Positions 51,098 to 64,000 of a stretch of DNA of 64,000 nucleotides are shown here, one piece after another; position 1 is the stretch's first letter; the number at the start of each line of letters is the position of its first letter. This DNA is from Lama guanicoe (lineage: Eukaryota). The position numbers were made by a program, and so were the translations under genes. The notes under the pieces are model-generated. The model was not told the DNA's origin. It ran no database searches and worked only from the letters and a program-made list of their open reading frames with translations. Location: the NCBI GenBank assembly GCA_013239625.1, contig MU054936.1:1419829-1483828 (forward strand), written 5' to 3'.

Positions 51098-54000
51098 GTT
51101 CCCAAGGCATTTTCCATGCTGGTCCCAGGCTACTGTTCCAACTTCTTGTCCAACGCCCCCTTCTACCCCCTCCACCCACAGCGGAAGAATCACTGTTTTT
51201 CAAATATTTTGAAACCCTGCTTCTGCTGTCCCCCTACTCCTGCTCCTGTCCACATGATAACCTGTTAAACTCCTACTCAGGCTCCAAGGTTTGGTCCAAA
51301 TGTCCTTTACTCAGGAGAGCCCTGCCCTGCTCTTCCTTCTCTCACTAGGATTCCACCACTTCAGAGATAACTAATCATTTACTTGGCCTTTATCCATTAC
51401 CAGAGAGTGAACTCCTCTCCAGAAAAGATTACTGAATATTTCTAGTTTTTAAGCCACTGGCTAAACTACAATAGGTATTAATAAGTGTTTATTAGGGGGA
51501 ATTTAATTATACATATTTGTCCATATGCAATGCTTTAGATGTGACAAAGGGAACTGCTATCAATCAGATGAGGAATTTTCCACACGTGGACTTCTGTTTC
51601 TATGCAGAGTCAGGCAATCTTCTTACCTGTACTACCCAACCTCCACCCATTCTTAAATTATCATAAGATGAGAAGTAATAATGATATATTAGATAAAATC
51701 GTTTGCTGGATCTGGACCAAGCTTTATAAATCTACTTTTAGGTAATAGATAATATTTATATATTTCCACTACATCTGCATCACTTGTAAACTCAAAAGTG
51801 TATGAGGGCTTCAGAACAATATAATAATCATTGCAGAATTTCCTGCAATGACGTTAACTAATTTTTTGAGTGAACACTTTAAGCAATTAAAAACCATCTC
51901 ATCACTTTACTGTACACCTGAAACTAACATTGTAAATCAACCACACATCAATAAAAATTTAAAAAAAAAACTTCTCACATTTTAACAAGTCAAATTCTAG
52001 TTGAAAGATAAAGTTATCTTTCAATTAGATAAAACATTCAATTAGATAAAAAATTAGAACAGAAATATGCTTATACATCAGACATCAGGTTTTATTATCT
52101 AGACACAGCTGCCAAGGGACTAATCTTGGGCAAAATTTTCCAAATCTCTGACTTAAAACATCAGAACCCTGAATACTTACAAAAATATCATTCCAAAGAA
52201 AATTTGGGGACTCCCTACTGTTGTTTCTTCTTTTGAAGGAACAAGAGAGGCAAACTTTGGTGACATGCTGCTGTTAAAAATCTGGCCTTTTCAGAATTTA
52301 CAAGAAGAGCAAAGAACATTGTACAATCACAAATCCATCCACAGTCTTAACAACCCTGAGGACAGAAGTTAGCACAGAGTTTTCGTGATAATTTTACCTT
52401 CATCTTAGGGATGAGGAAACTGGTACCAGCAGGCTAAGAAACTTACCTGCGGGTCCCACAGCTGGTAAATGACGGGGCTGGGGTTTGAACTCAGGCAATC
52501 CAGTGCTGCGCCTGTGGTCCCAGCTATGAGGCCATCCTGCCTTCCACGGCAGGGCATCCATCATCCTGCTGCCCCCAAACAGCGTCTCTGTTTCCTAGGT
52601 GACCTCCACAGTAGGGTGTCTTCTCAACACCCAGATGATCACAAAAGGTGGGTCGGCGTTGGACAGGGCTAACCAGAACATAGCAGGTGTGCACACTCCT
52701 GCCTCTACTGTTGTCTGAAGCTGTTCCAGGCTGTGAAGTTCTAACTGCAATGTCCAGAGGCTCCAGGCCCCTCGGGACCAACAGGAGGTTTCTGTCCCCA
52801 GACAGATGAGTGGTGGGTGGGAGAACTGTTTCTGAGAGAACTCATAGGCTCCAGCCTCTGCTCTTCATGGCATAGCCACTCAGTAATATTAGATTTAATT
52901 ATTTAAATTTAATTTGTTAATAGACTGAAGTTTAATTTTAAAAATAGAATGAATTTTATCAGTGAGGCTCCAACTTCTTTAAGTTCTTAATAACCAGAAT
53001 TGCTTCATCCAATGACACAGTGAAGTATGACCTCTGAGAAATTCCTCACCTCGACCAGGTTCTGCCCTAAACCACACTCCTGGTTCTCTCTTTACTGTCA
53101 GCCTTCACTGTGGAACCACCATCTTTGGGTCTATAGTTGGATATGGACACTGCTCTCCCTTCCCCAACCCCTGAGCTGGGGAGAACTGAAGATAATGATG
53201 TCCCCAGATTATACACAATGAATCTGCTTTTTGTCCTGCCTTTGCTGAAGATTTAGCTTTGTCTCAGGGTCTGCTTATGGGAAATGAAAACAAAGGCCAA
53301 ATGAATCTCCATTGTGGGTTCAATCCATGGCCTTTCTGAAAACTGGATCTTCAACCCAAAGACATCATACTTCATTTCTAGGCTTGACTATTTGTCTCTA
53401 GGTTAAGAAACCTTCTGCAGAGGCTGGAGGCTTACCTGCAGTCCTGGGAACTAGGGTAGCCAAGCACCGCTATTGGACACTAGCTGGTGACTGCTAGGAA
53501 TGGCTCTGGAGTCAGACAGCTCCAGGCGTGCACAGGAGGCCAGTGCTTGGAAAGAGCAATAGGCTTGGCTGCAACAGGATCTGTTGCTGTATGAAGCCCT
53601 TCCTAGTCTCCTCATCCCCAAAGGAGGAATAACTCACCTCCTCCTTTGTGCCACCCTCACCATGGACACACTTCTGGCCTAGTAGAAATCACATGGGATT
53701 ATACTCTTTGTACACATATGTGTCTTCACATAAACAGCAAGCTCCCTGAGAAAAAAGACCATAATTTCTTCATCATGGTGTCCCTGCTTCCCAACAAGAT
53801 GCCAAAAACCACTATTATGGAGGCACTTTAATCAATGGATGATTGATGAATGACTGGATAGATGAATGGATGAATGAATGGATTTTCTACGATCCCTTCC
53901 CAGGAGCTCCAGAAGTAAGATATTGCGAATGACGGGTCTGCAAAACTGCATCCATCCATCATGCTCACCTGAGACAGATCGGGCAGCTGGCTGTGTCAGT

Positions 54001-54798
54001 GTGCAGTCCAGTCAGAGCACTCAGAGGCAGGAGGTGAAGAGGGGCTGAGCAGCTTCTGCCTTCTCTGGCCTCTTGAGGTATATGGCCCCTTGAGCTATTT
54101 CCTGGAGGTAGAAACCAAGAACCTTCTGGCTGCACAGGCTTTGGGGGTTGTCCTTGGAGTTTCCTATGCTGGGAACAGGGCCAGCCTGGCCTCTCGGTGT
54201 GGCCAGTGGCAACCTGTTCAACTGCTACAAGCATTAAGCCACCAGTTCAGCAGAGGACAGGCTGCAGGATGGTGACTCACCCCTCTCCTCCCTGCTGGAG
54301 CCATGAATAGCTGTGCTCCTGTCCTCTGATTTCAGACGAGGGATGGGAGAAGGCTGTCAGCCATCACCTGCAGCTTTTTCAGGAATCCTGGGCTGTTGTT
54401 TCTGAGCACAAAGAAGGGCATATCAGAGCACCTTATTTTGCCCTTGGCTGTTCTGTCCAGTTGGAGAGAACTGTGTTCTTAGCTGTAGAACAGAAGCTGC
54501 TTCCCTGAGAAAAAGACATAATGAAAAGTTAAATCCATATTTTACATTCAGTTAGAGGGAAGATGCGCAGAAAAGACCAGAACCTCTTATTCATAATGAG
54601 CATCAAAATATACGCACAAGAGTGTACAGAAATAAAGACATGGTGAGACAAACTACACAACACAGCACCCAAATTTCATAATACTATGGAGTTTTTTTTA
54701 ATGAGTGAGGAATATCTATTAGTACTGACAAATAACTATAATATACTTCAAGTGAAAAGGCAAATGATATAATTTATGTTTTAAAAAATACTCTATGG

Positions 54799-55025
54799 CT
54801 AGACTGGGATTCAAAATGTAGAATAGATAAACAAGATTATACTGTATAGCAGAGGGAAATACATACAAGATCTTATGGTACCTCACAGAGTAAAAAAATG
54901 TATCAATGAATATATATATGTTCATGGATAACTGAAAAACTGTGCTCTACACTGGAATTTGACACAACATTGTAAAATGATTATAAATCAACAAAAATGT
55001 TTAAATAAATAAATAAAATTAAAAA
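54799..55025 (+). mobile_element. Young L1 3' end with TSD
   Basis: TSD aaaaatac(tc/ct)tatgg near 54784-54798 and 55028-55042; ...acattgtaaaatgattataaatcaac followed by an A-rich tail. Confidence 0.85.
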
Positions 55026-56699
55026 TTAAAAATACCTTATGGATGTGTATGAATGCTTGTGTATTTTATAAATACACAAGCAAATTTTTATAAGAAATAT
55101 ACAAACAAACTATATTTGGGAGAGGAGAGTAGAAGGTAATTTTCATATTTTTATTCATAATTTTATTTTCTTTAAATTTTTATAACAAGTATCTGTTTTT
55201 ATTTTAAAAGTAAAAAAAGAAGAAAAAGTTAATAGAAAAAGAAAAAAGGACAAAGAAAATGAACAATTCTTAAAAGAAAACAAATTTAAACCTACTAAAT
55301 TTTAAATGTATATTTTAACTAGTTTTAAAGAAAAGGAAATTAAAGCAATAGTGAGGTGCTATTTTTGGTACATTAAATTAGAAACCTTTTTTTTTTTACA
55401 CTAATAAGTTGTCTGGATGAGAATCTGGTGAGGTAGATAGCCACATTCTTTTCCACTGATAGTGGGAGTTAATAATTTACTTTGGCACATTAATTCAGAA
55501 CAATACAGGCGAAATATATTTGAACCTGAAGAAAGTTTTACTTTTATATTGTACTCACCAATTCCCATTCTACAGAGTATCCAAAGGAAATCATCAGAGA
55601 TGTGATTTAAAAATTTATGTATCAAAATGCTCATTACTATATAATTCTTAAAAACAAAAAAGGAAAAACAATCCACACGTTCAGTAATAATGAGATTGTT
55701 AAAGGGTAATATTATGCAGCCATTTAAAATCTTGTGCTCAAAGAATGTTTAATGACATGTTAAAATCTCATTTTATAGTTCAATGAAATCAGAGACAAAA
55801 AGTATTTAAGGTGTGAATTCAATTTTGTAAGTTAAAAACAAATCTAGATATGCATATACATTTATACAATTACAGACAAAAGACTAGAAAAAAACAGACC
55901 AAAACTTTAAAATTTGTGATAGCTGATGTAGTTGCAATTACAGATGATTTTTATTTCTTTATAATTTTCTACATTTTCCAGTTTTTAGCAATTTTTTCCC
56001 CACTTATAATCAAGAAAAATGGTAAATTTAAACTAAAATAATATCAAACGTAAAAAGGGAAAAATTTCTTTTTGACTAGCATCAAACAGATAAACCATTG
56101 ACTATGTTTATATAGTGTATGACTCTTAGTGAAATATGTTTTAAGGCAGAGAAAATTTGAAAAGCCAGTAATGTCTACTTGTAATATTCCATAAGCTTTC
56201 AATGTAGAATATATTGGGTTTTTTGAATTTGGAATCGCATAGTTCAAATAAACATATGACTGCTTTGAAAGGTCCATAAGTGTTTTTACAACATTCAGAG
56301 AATTCAAGTAGATTCAGTTGAGTTGTCCCTGCTAAGTATAGCCAGTCATATACATAAAGGCCCTGTTACAAAGGATCTGCACTTTCACGGTCCAGCTCCA
56401 ATTCGCTTTGAGCTACACACTGAAACGGGATTTAAGGCATCTGTATTTTGGACGCAGAGGATAAAAGAGCTCCCTTTATCTCACCACGCTCTCCATGAAA
56501 CAAATGCTCCAGATATCAGCCTGGCACCAGCAAATGCTCCCCAGTTGTTTCACTAATGCCTCATCTTTACGGAAATGTTACTTTTGCTGAGAAGTTTTTT
56601 GTTTTGTTTTGTTTTAATATGAGGAGAGAAGATTCTTGGGGAAAGTATTTTTAAATGACTTAGCTTTAAAAAATATTCCTTAAAAACCTAACCTCTGTA

Positions 56700-56900
56700 T
56701 ATATTTCTTTTCATTGAAGTGTAGTCAGTTTACAATGTTGGTTTCATTTCTGGTGTATAGCATAGTGATTCAGTTATACATATTCCTTTTCATATTCTTT
56801 ATCATTATAGGCTATTACAAGATATTGAATACAGTTCCCTGTGCTGTACAGTAGGATGTTGTTGTTTACCTATTTTATATACAGTAGTTAAATCTGTATT
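56700..56900 (-). mobile_element. Young L1 3' end
   Basis: Same family as 1247-1490. Confidence 0.85.
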
Positions 56901-58459
56901 CTTTACACGGGTGATGCTACATAGTCACCATGCTTGATAAGAACATTCCTGCTAATTCCCTCATCTTTCCTTGGGAGGTCCAGATCATAGGAGAAAAAAA
57001 CATTCAAGTGAATCTCGCTATTTTCTGTCCAAATTGCTCTATCGATATTGAAACACATTTGAGAAAACAATAGAAGCCACGGCCAAACTCTCTGGAGACT
57101 AGGCAGTCTAGTCCAGATTTGGTAAACATTTATGCTTTGCACTTCCTTTAAAGTAAACAGAAAGCTCTGGTGTTGGCTGGAGACCCGTCTCTACGTGCTA
57201 ATGAAAACACCCCACATGCTCCAGGTGGTATGTGACAGGAGAGTGTTACTCACACAAGTACCTGGGAAAACAGTGCTCCCACACAGCTCAGGCAGCAAGC
57301 TTGGTCCTGCTAATGTGATTTGTCAAGATACTTGAAAGGTTCCAGCATTCAAACTGGTTTCTTTAACTCGTGCCATTGTCTATTTGACTCTCTTTGCTTC
57401 TGATTTACAATGTCATACCATATTTCACTCTCCTACCATTTCACAGAGAGTGAGAAACTATTAGGGATAAAATAGACTGTAACTTAAAATTTTCTCTCAT
57501 TTGGCTCAATTTCTATGTATTTTAGGCTTTTTTTTTTTTTACCATGGAGGGTTCCTCCTAGAAAGTACTATATCAAAGGCACTTTGTAAGAACTCTCATT
57601 ATTCTTTGTGCAATATTTATCTTAATTTTCAAATTATGTAATCAGTTCCAAAATACTCCAAAGAAGAGGCAAGGTAGCTAACTAAGATGTGTATAAGGGT
57701 AACCAGTTGCCAATGGCCCCTTGGCAAACTCATGGCATATCTACATATGTGGTACATGTGACGTGTCAGCACGGACACTCTTCTCTGGGGCTGTCAAGTC
57801 AGTCAGACTGAGGGTTGGAAGAGTACCGACTCCTGGGCACATGTTCTTTATTCACCGTACTTATTCCAAAGCTCTTTGAAGATCCTAAGTGATCAGAAGC
57901 TCTTTGAAATACAGTCTGGATTCTGTTTCTATTGGGTTATGTAAGTCTAATGTTTTCATCTTTTACCTTCTGACCATGATGTTCTAGTTAATCAGATAAA
58001 ATGGCCTTTTGTGAAAGAAATTAGATGTCGGTGCAGTTATGACAGGCCGCTTCTTTTTTTTTTTAATAATGAGAAACAAAAATGGAAATAAAAGTTTCCA
58101 GTGACCTCCAGAGGCTCCCCAAAGGCACCATTGTGGAAGCTTGAGTGCCTTGAGCTCAGGGACCTGCTGCCTGTGGGTCACCCTCTTCCAGAGCTGACCT
58201 GCCTTACAAGTGTGCTGTCTCCAATGTGACTGGATCGTTAATTGTGCTGTCCCTGGAAGGGTTGTCCAGATACTCTTCAGTTATCTAAGTCCACTATTTT
58301 CCAGGCTCATTTCACCTAGACCCAGAGGGTCAGAATTGGTTTGAACCTGATTCTGCCGTGACTTTGGATAATTTATTTAATCGTACTTTAAAACCTGAGT
58401 TTACCTGTCTGTGAAATACCTGTCAGGTCTATGAGATAAAGTGTTTTAAAATGCTGTCA

Positions 58460-59255
58460 CAAAGATATACAGAAGGCCAACAAATACATGAAAAGCTGCT
58501 TGACGTCATTAGTCATTAGGAAGATGGAAACCAAGAACCACAGCAAGACATCACTTCACATCACCTAGGAAGGCTAGAATCAAAAAAAAAAATGTGGGTG
58601 ACAATGTGGAGAAATTAGAACCCTTGCATATTGTTGCTGGTAATGGAAAAAAGAAACTGTGAAAAAGTTTGGCAGTTCCTCAATAAGTTAAATATAGAAT
58701 TACCATATGACCCAGTAATTCCCCACCTGGATTTATACCCCAAAGAACTGAAAACAGGTGCCCAAATGGAAACTTGAACATGAATATTCACAGCAGCACA
58801 ATTCCCCATAGGCAAAACATAAAAACAACCCNNNNNNNNNNNNNNNNNNNNNNNNNNNNNNNNNNNNNNNNNNNNNNNNNNNNNNNNNNNNNNNNNNNNN
58901 NNNNNNNNNNNNNNNNNNNNNNNNNNNNNNNNNNNNNNNNNNNNNNNNNNNNNNNNNNNNNNNNNNNNGAAAGAGGCTAGATCTAAAAGGGTTCAAATTA
59001 TATGAATCAATTTATATGAAATATAAATTGGCAATATATGAAATATAAATAGGCAAACCCATAGAGACAGAAAGCAAATTAGTATCTGCCAGGGATTGGT
59101 GGGAGGGGAGACTTGGGAGTGTAATGTAAGTAGTGTTTCCTTTTAGGGTGATAAAAAAATGTTCTGGAACCAGATAGTGGGGATGGTTGCGCAGCATTGT
59201 GAATATAAAATGTTACTAATGGTAAATTTTATGTTACATGTACTTTCCCACATTA
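58460..59255 (+). mobile_element. L1MB-type 3' region spanning a gap
   Basis: gaattaccatatgacccagtaattcccc ORF2 end and 3' UTR gttctggaaccagatagtggggatggttgc. Confidence 0.85.
58832..58968. other. Assembly gap (N run)
   Basis: N bases. Confidence 1.
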
Positions 59256-60586
59256 TTACCCAGCAGATATTACCCAGCAGTTATTACCTCACAATATTAT
59301 GCATTGGGTTTTATTCTATTATTCTCTAATTGATGTAATTCTCATTTCTCCAACTAAATTGTATACTCCATCAGATCAGGTTAAGACCTCATCATCTCTT
59401 GCCCAGACATCCCTGTATGTAGCCAGGACTTCCTGTGCAAACTGATTTGAGAGGTGCTGAACATCTTCTCTGCCCCAAGGTCTTTACCCCGTGGGCCCAC
59501 TCTGCGCTCTGGGATTCCATATAAGAAAGACTCCTTTGCATAAGGCACTGTGTCTCTACAATTGAAATGCAGGTTTATTATCTGGGAGAGTTAATACAAT
59601 GTACCACTCAGACCTGAAGATTTAACATCTTAGCATGAATTAAGTCAGTCAGCATGGAACACATCTGAGGAAAAGGGACTTTGCACTGGAGACTTGGTGG
59701 GGGGATGAGGTAAGAGGTTGGCTTGTTAAGGTGACCTTCAGTGAGTGGCTCTGAAACCCCTGGGTGGGAGTGGGAGAAGACAAGCCTGTGGAGGAGGGCA
59801 GATGAAAGGGAAGTGAGAAATTTGAGAAGCCAGTTTCACCTAATTGAGATTTTACCAAGATCTTGTATTGTACCCAAAGCCATTATGCCTACCCCAATTG
59901 GTGGGCACTCAATATGACAACCAAGGTACTTCTTTTGAATGAAGAAATGAGTGAATGAATGATATCTGGAATACGTTTTAAAAGACCCACTTACTGAACC
60001 CCTCTCTATTATCACCAGTATAATGGAAGTAATAATAATAGTCAACATTTATAGGGCTTATCATGGGCTAAACAACATATATGATAATTTCATTCAGTCT
60101 GCCCATAATCCTCTGAGATACTTACTATGTTTACCCCCCAACTCTCACACACACAGAAAGGAAAATGAAACTTAGATAGGCTAAGCAGTTTGCCCAAGTT
60201 ACAGCCTACAGCCTGGTAGGGCTGGGTTTCAAGCCATCCAGCCCCTCCACTCTAACCACGATGCTGACTATTCTTGTTCCCTCTGGCACTCTTGGTGGGA
60301 ACATCAGCGTGGGTTAAATGAATGTGAGAGAATGAGTCAGAGCCAACAGGAGCAGAAAGCAGCCCTGCACACTGTGGGGCACAGGGCCACATTGATCCCT
60401 TCCCTCTCTGCCCTTTCCAGTCACCCGCACCTCCCACCAGAGTCTGGGAGCTGTCATTGTCAATATCAAGGTAAGATCATCGCAGCCCCTGTAAGGAGAG
60501 CCTACTGAGTGCTTGCCCCAGTTGGGCTGGCATGCTCCCTCTGCGGAAAACAACACTAAAGAAAAATGCATATTGAAATAATGGTT

Positions 60587-60760
60587 GGGGGGAAAGGTAT
60601 GACTCAAGTGATAGAGTGCATGCTTAGCATACACAAGGTCCTCGGTTCAATCCCCAGTACCTCCTCTAAACACAAATAAATGAACCTAATTACCTCCTCC
60701 TCCCGCAAAAAAGAAGAAGAGGAAGAAGAAGAAGAAGGAGAAGGAGAAGGAGAAGGAGAA
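60587..60760 (+). mobile_element. Camelid tRNA-derived SINE (Vic-1-like) with a (GAA)n/(GGAGAA)n tail
   Basis: A/B boxes; TSD gaaataatgg(t/a)tg at 60575-60587 and 60761-60773. Confidence 0.88.
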
Positions 60761-63700
60761 GAAATAATGGATGAAACTCACAATTCTTACTGGTCATTAG
60801 GTGATCTTTGTTGCATGGGCTATGTTTAGCACGTATGGAAGATTGATAGCTTGTATTATTTCTTTTCTTTTGTCTCAGTGTACCTACCGAATGGCCATTC
60901 ATGAGTTACAGTAACATGTCTGTTATGTCATCTGTCTTTGCTCAGTGATTTCTCAGGGGAGACTATCACCAGCAACTCCAGGCAATCTAAAACCCTGTGT
61001 TGAATATTTCTTAGCATTGACACGAACTATTGTATAATTACTGCCTACACCTATGCAGACTTGTTTATCAGACTTACGTGCTTTCAAAGCAGATGAAAGA
61101 AAAAGATTTGGGGTCCAAAATATCTGGGTGTACAGTGTCGTATAACCAAATCATCTGAGGATGCTTGGAATTTCTCACTTTCCACTCCAATATTTGGATA
61201 GTGCCTACAAATTAATCTCCACATGTGTAATTTGGGAAGACAAGTAGTCTGAGTCTGTTTAGCAATCACTTTTCTTTTTCTGTCATTCTCTCTAATAGCT
61301 CAAAAACTCAGCGTGGCTTTTATCTAGAATTGTCATTATTTCTTTGACCTGTAGAATTTTCCTTTCATTGCTAAGGAACTGCAAGGCTAGAGCTTTGCAA
61401 TTAACTGTAAAACCGTTCTCTCTTCCGCACTGTGATGCTCTGTGGAGGCACTGAGCAGGGAATATATCAGAATTTCAACCCAAGCGTGGTGTGACCAGGA
61501 GCAGCTGTCCTTTTCTTACTTGAGCAGAGGCATGCAGTGACTGCGTACATGTTACAAACCCGTCCTATGCACATGTGGTAACGTGTTACTCCAAACACCT
61601 GACAGCCCTCCGCTCCCCCCTCACTGCACACACAAACCCACATGCTGGCAAATGGCAAAATCAATGCAGCCAGATGGGTGAGTGGCCTGAGAGTTGCTGA
61701 GACCATATGATGCAATCAGAGATCTTACTTGATGGAGATGTTAATTACTTTGTGTTGGCATAAATATCTCATGTGTCGGGGAAGGAACTATTATTTGGAG
61801 TTGACTCCTGTTTTAGAGCCTGGGCTGTCAGGGGGCTGCTCTGGTTGGTAGCTTTAGGAACTACACTCACAACAAGACTTCCTGAAAAGATAATTAAAGG
61901 ACTCCCAGCTCAGCTAAGCGCATAATGTTTACATCAAGCAGATAGTAACCAAAAAAGCTTCTCCAAATTTTTATTTTGGTTTATGAGCTTCTGCAGGAAT
62001 CCATAGAAAGTGGGTTAAATTTATGTGTCTGTTAGCTCACAGTGTGTGTGTTGAACCTCTCTTGCTTACAAAGTAGATAGCTGTCTGGGACTCTGGAAAA
62101 AAAAAAAAAGATAAAGCAAAGATATAAAGAGAGGGTGTAGGGGTTGCCCTGAACAGCAGTTAAGGATTCAACAATCACTCACTTACTGAATGCTGCTATG
62201 TTTTCAAGACTGTATTGTACACTCTGGGGAGTAAAGATGTTGTTTCTCCTTTCAAGGAAACTATAGTCAAGAGTGAAAGTGCAAGAGAGAGGCAGACACC
62301 AACCAAGATGCCTATTCAAAAGTCATTTCTTTCTTTTTCCTGGGAGAACTCCCATTTCATTTGGGTAGCAAAGTACCCTGCCTTGAGTGAGAAATTATCT
62401 ATCCCAATTATGGCATCCTTTTTCTCCTGTCCCAGACACTCCTTTTGCTAGCCTCTCCAACAAGAATTGACACACTTGCCATTGATTCTTTCTTCCACCT
62501 TGGGACACTGAAGAGACGATGTAATGCCTGGAACTACAGCAGCCACACTGTGATGGTGAGGTAAAAAAAAAAAAGACACACAAATGAAAATATGACAGGC
62601 TCAGAATGTTGAGACCAAAGGGCAGAAAGACATTTATAAGTTGTTGACAAAACTTTGGAAGCAGACAATAAATATTTTAAGGGTTTAGCTTTCCATTAAT
62701 GTGGTCTTCTATGACATGTAACTGAAGGCTTTCTAACTGTTACAGCATATATTCATAAATTCTCAATCAAGGAATAGACAGTTCTAAAATCTGTATTGCT
62801 GAATACTAGAGAAAGGACAATTAAAACTGGAATATTTATCAAATGCTTACAATATGCCAGGCATTCTGCTTGACATTATTAGACACAGGAAAAGCACAAC
62901 TGCTGTACAGAAGAGGTGGGGACTTGAACTGAGACTTGAAGAACTTGAGTTGGACCCTGAAAAGTGGTTAGAATTGAGACAGGTAGAAAGTAAGAAAGCA
63001 GACCTTTCTAGGGAAGAAAAGCAACCTAAACACGGGTAAGAGAGTATATGTCTTCACTTCCTCAGGAGACAGGAAGTAGGTCCTGTTGCAAGGAGAGGTG
63101 AAGCACTGGGGAGCAGAGAGGAGTTGCGTTGAGCGGGTGGGGCTTGACTCCTGAAGGTCGGGATAGTCAGACAAAGGAGTCTGAGCCTGATCATCAGATC
63201 AGTGGGGAACTACTGAAGATCAGAGTACAGTTAAGATAACGGTTACAAAATTAAATGCAGAATGGAATGGAGGGGATAGAGTCTGGAGATAGATGGACTA
63301 GTTAAAAAACTGTTATAGAAATAATAATATTAATATAGCACTATAATAACAATAGCTAATGATGTATAGCATTTATCATATTCCAGACTCTCTTCTAAGT
63401 GATCTCCATTTATTAACACGTTTAATCCTCAAGTGACTATGAGATGGGTATGAACACTTTTACAGATAAGGAGGCACTGAGGGTTTTCCTAACTTGCCAA
63501 AGGTAACACAATTAAGACAAAGCAGTAACAAAGTAATTTAAAAATACGGGTGTGAGGGCTTAGACTAGGGTGATGTAGCAAGGAAAAGATAAAGCCAGTC
63601 TAGTGAGCTCTGTAGTCTTAGCAGCACCCTTCCTGCCCCCAGAAGCACCAACAGAAGCTCATAAAAGTTCCTTTGCCCTACATCCATGCTTCTAGAACCC

Positions 63701-64000
63701 TTTATAAACCTTGCTTCTCAAACTTACTTACTCTGTCTTGCAGTTTCTACACTGTACCCCCCCCATTTTTCTCATTGTTGTTCTCTGTCCTCTCCCATGG
63801 ACTTGCTGCTTTGACCTCTCTTTGGTTCATAGAACGTGAATCCCCAGTGCCCTGTGCTCTGATCCCATGGTCACAGCCAACCTCCTTCCATCCATATGCT
63901 CAGCATGCCTTCGCTCTTAGAACCCCAAGCCTCCAGCTTGCCCTGTAGGAAGAATAGGCAGAATGAATATGAAGGACATGTATCAAAGAAGAACTGGTTT

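Noticed and set aside
34200-64000. Additional gene or processed pseudogene upstream of RIPPLY2
   Set aside because: No CpG island, recognisable exon or protein homology seen; a lncRNA cannot be excluded from sequence alone

Overview
Mammalian genomic DNA, most likely a camelid (three copies of a tRNA-derived Vic-1-like SINE plus young L1 tails). Two genes lie in tandem on the minus strand. RIPPLY2 is complete (4 coding exons, 33904->29882, 133 aa, WRPW motif plus Ripply-homology domain, TATA/CpG-island promoter). About 2.2 kb downstream are the CpG-island promoter and first four coding exons of CYB5R4/NCB5OR (27445->2020, residues 1-137, the cytochrome b5 domain); the gene continues past the left edge. 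34.2-64 kb is gene-free upstream DNA made of L1/L2/MIR/MLT/DNA-transposon relics with several unique, motif-dense patches that look like developmental enhancers. There are three assembly gaps. I found no new protein-coding system. The most interesting observations are: an L1-retroposed, polyadenylated MER41-like ERV transcript with a 14-bp TSD and an intact STAT/GAS site in CYB5R4 intron 2; a rare GAG splice acceptor; an in-frame RIPPLY2-CYB5R4 read-through splice option; an F->I change in the RIPPLY2 T-box-binding motif; and E-box/T-box/Fox/RBPJ motif clusters around RIPPLY2. Repeat family names and human comparisons are from memory, not from a search.
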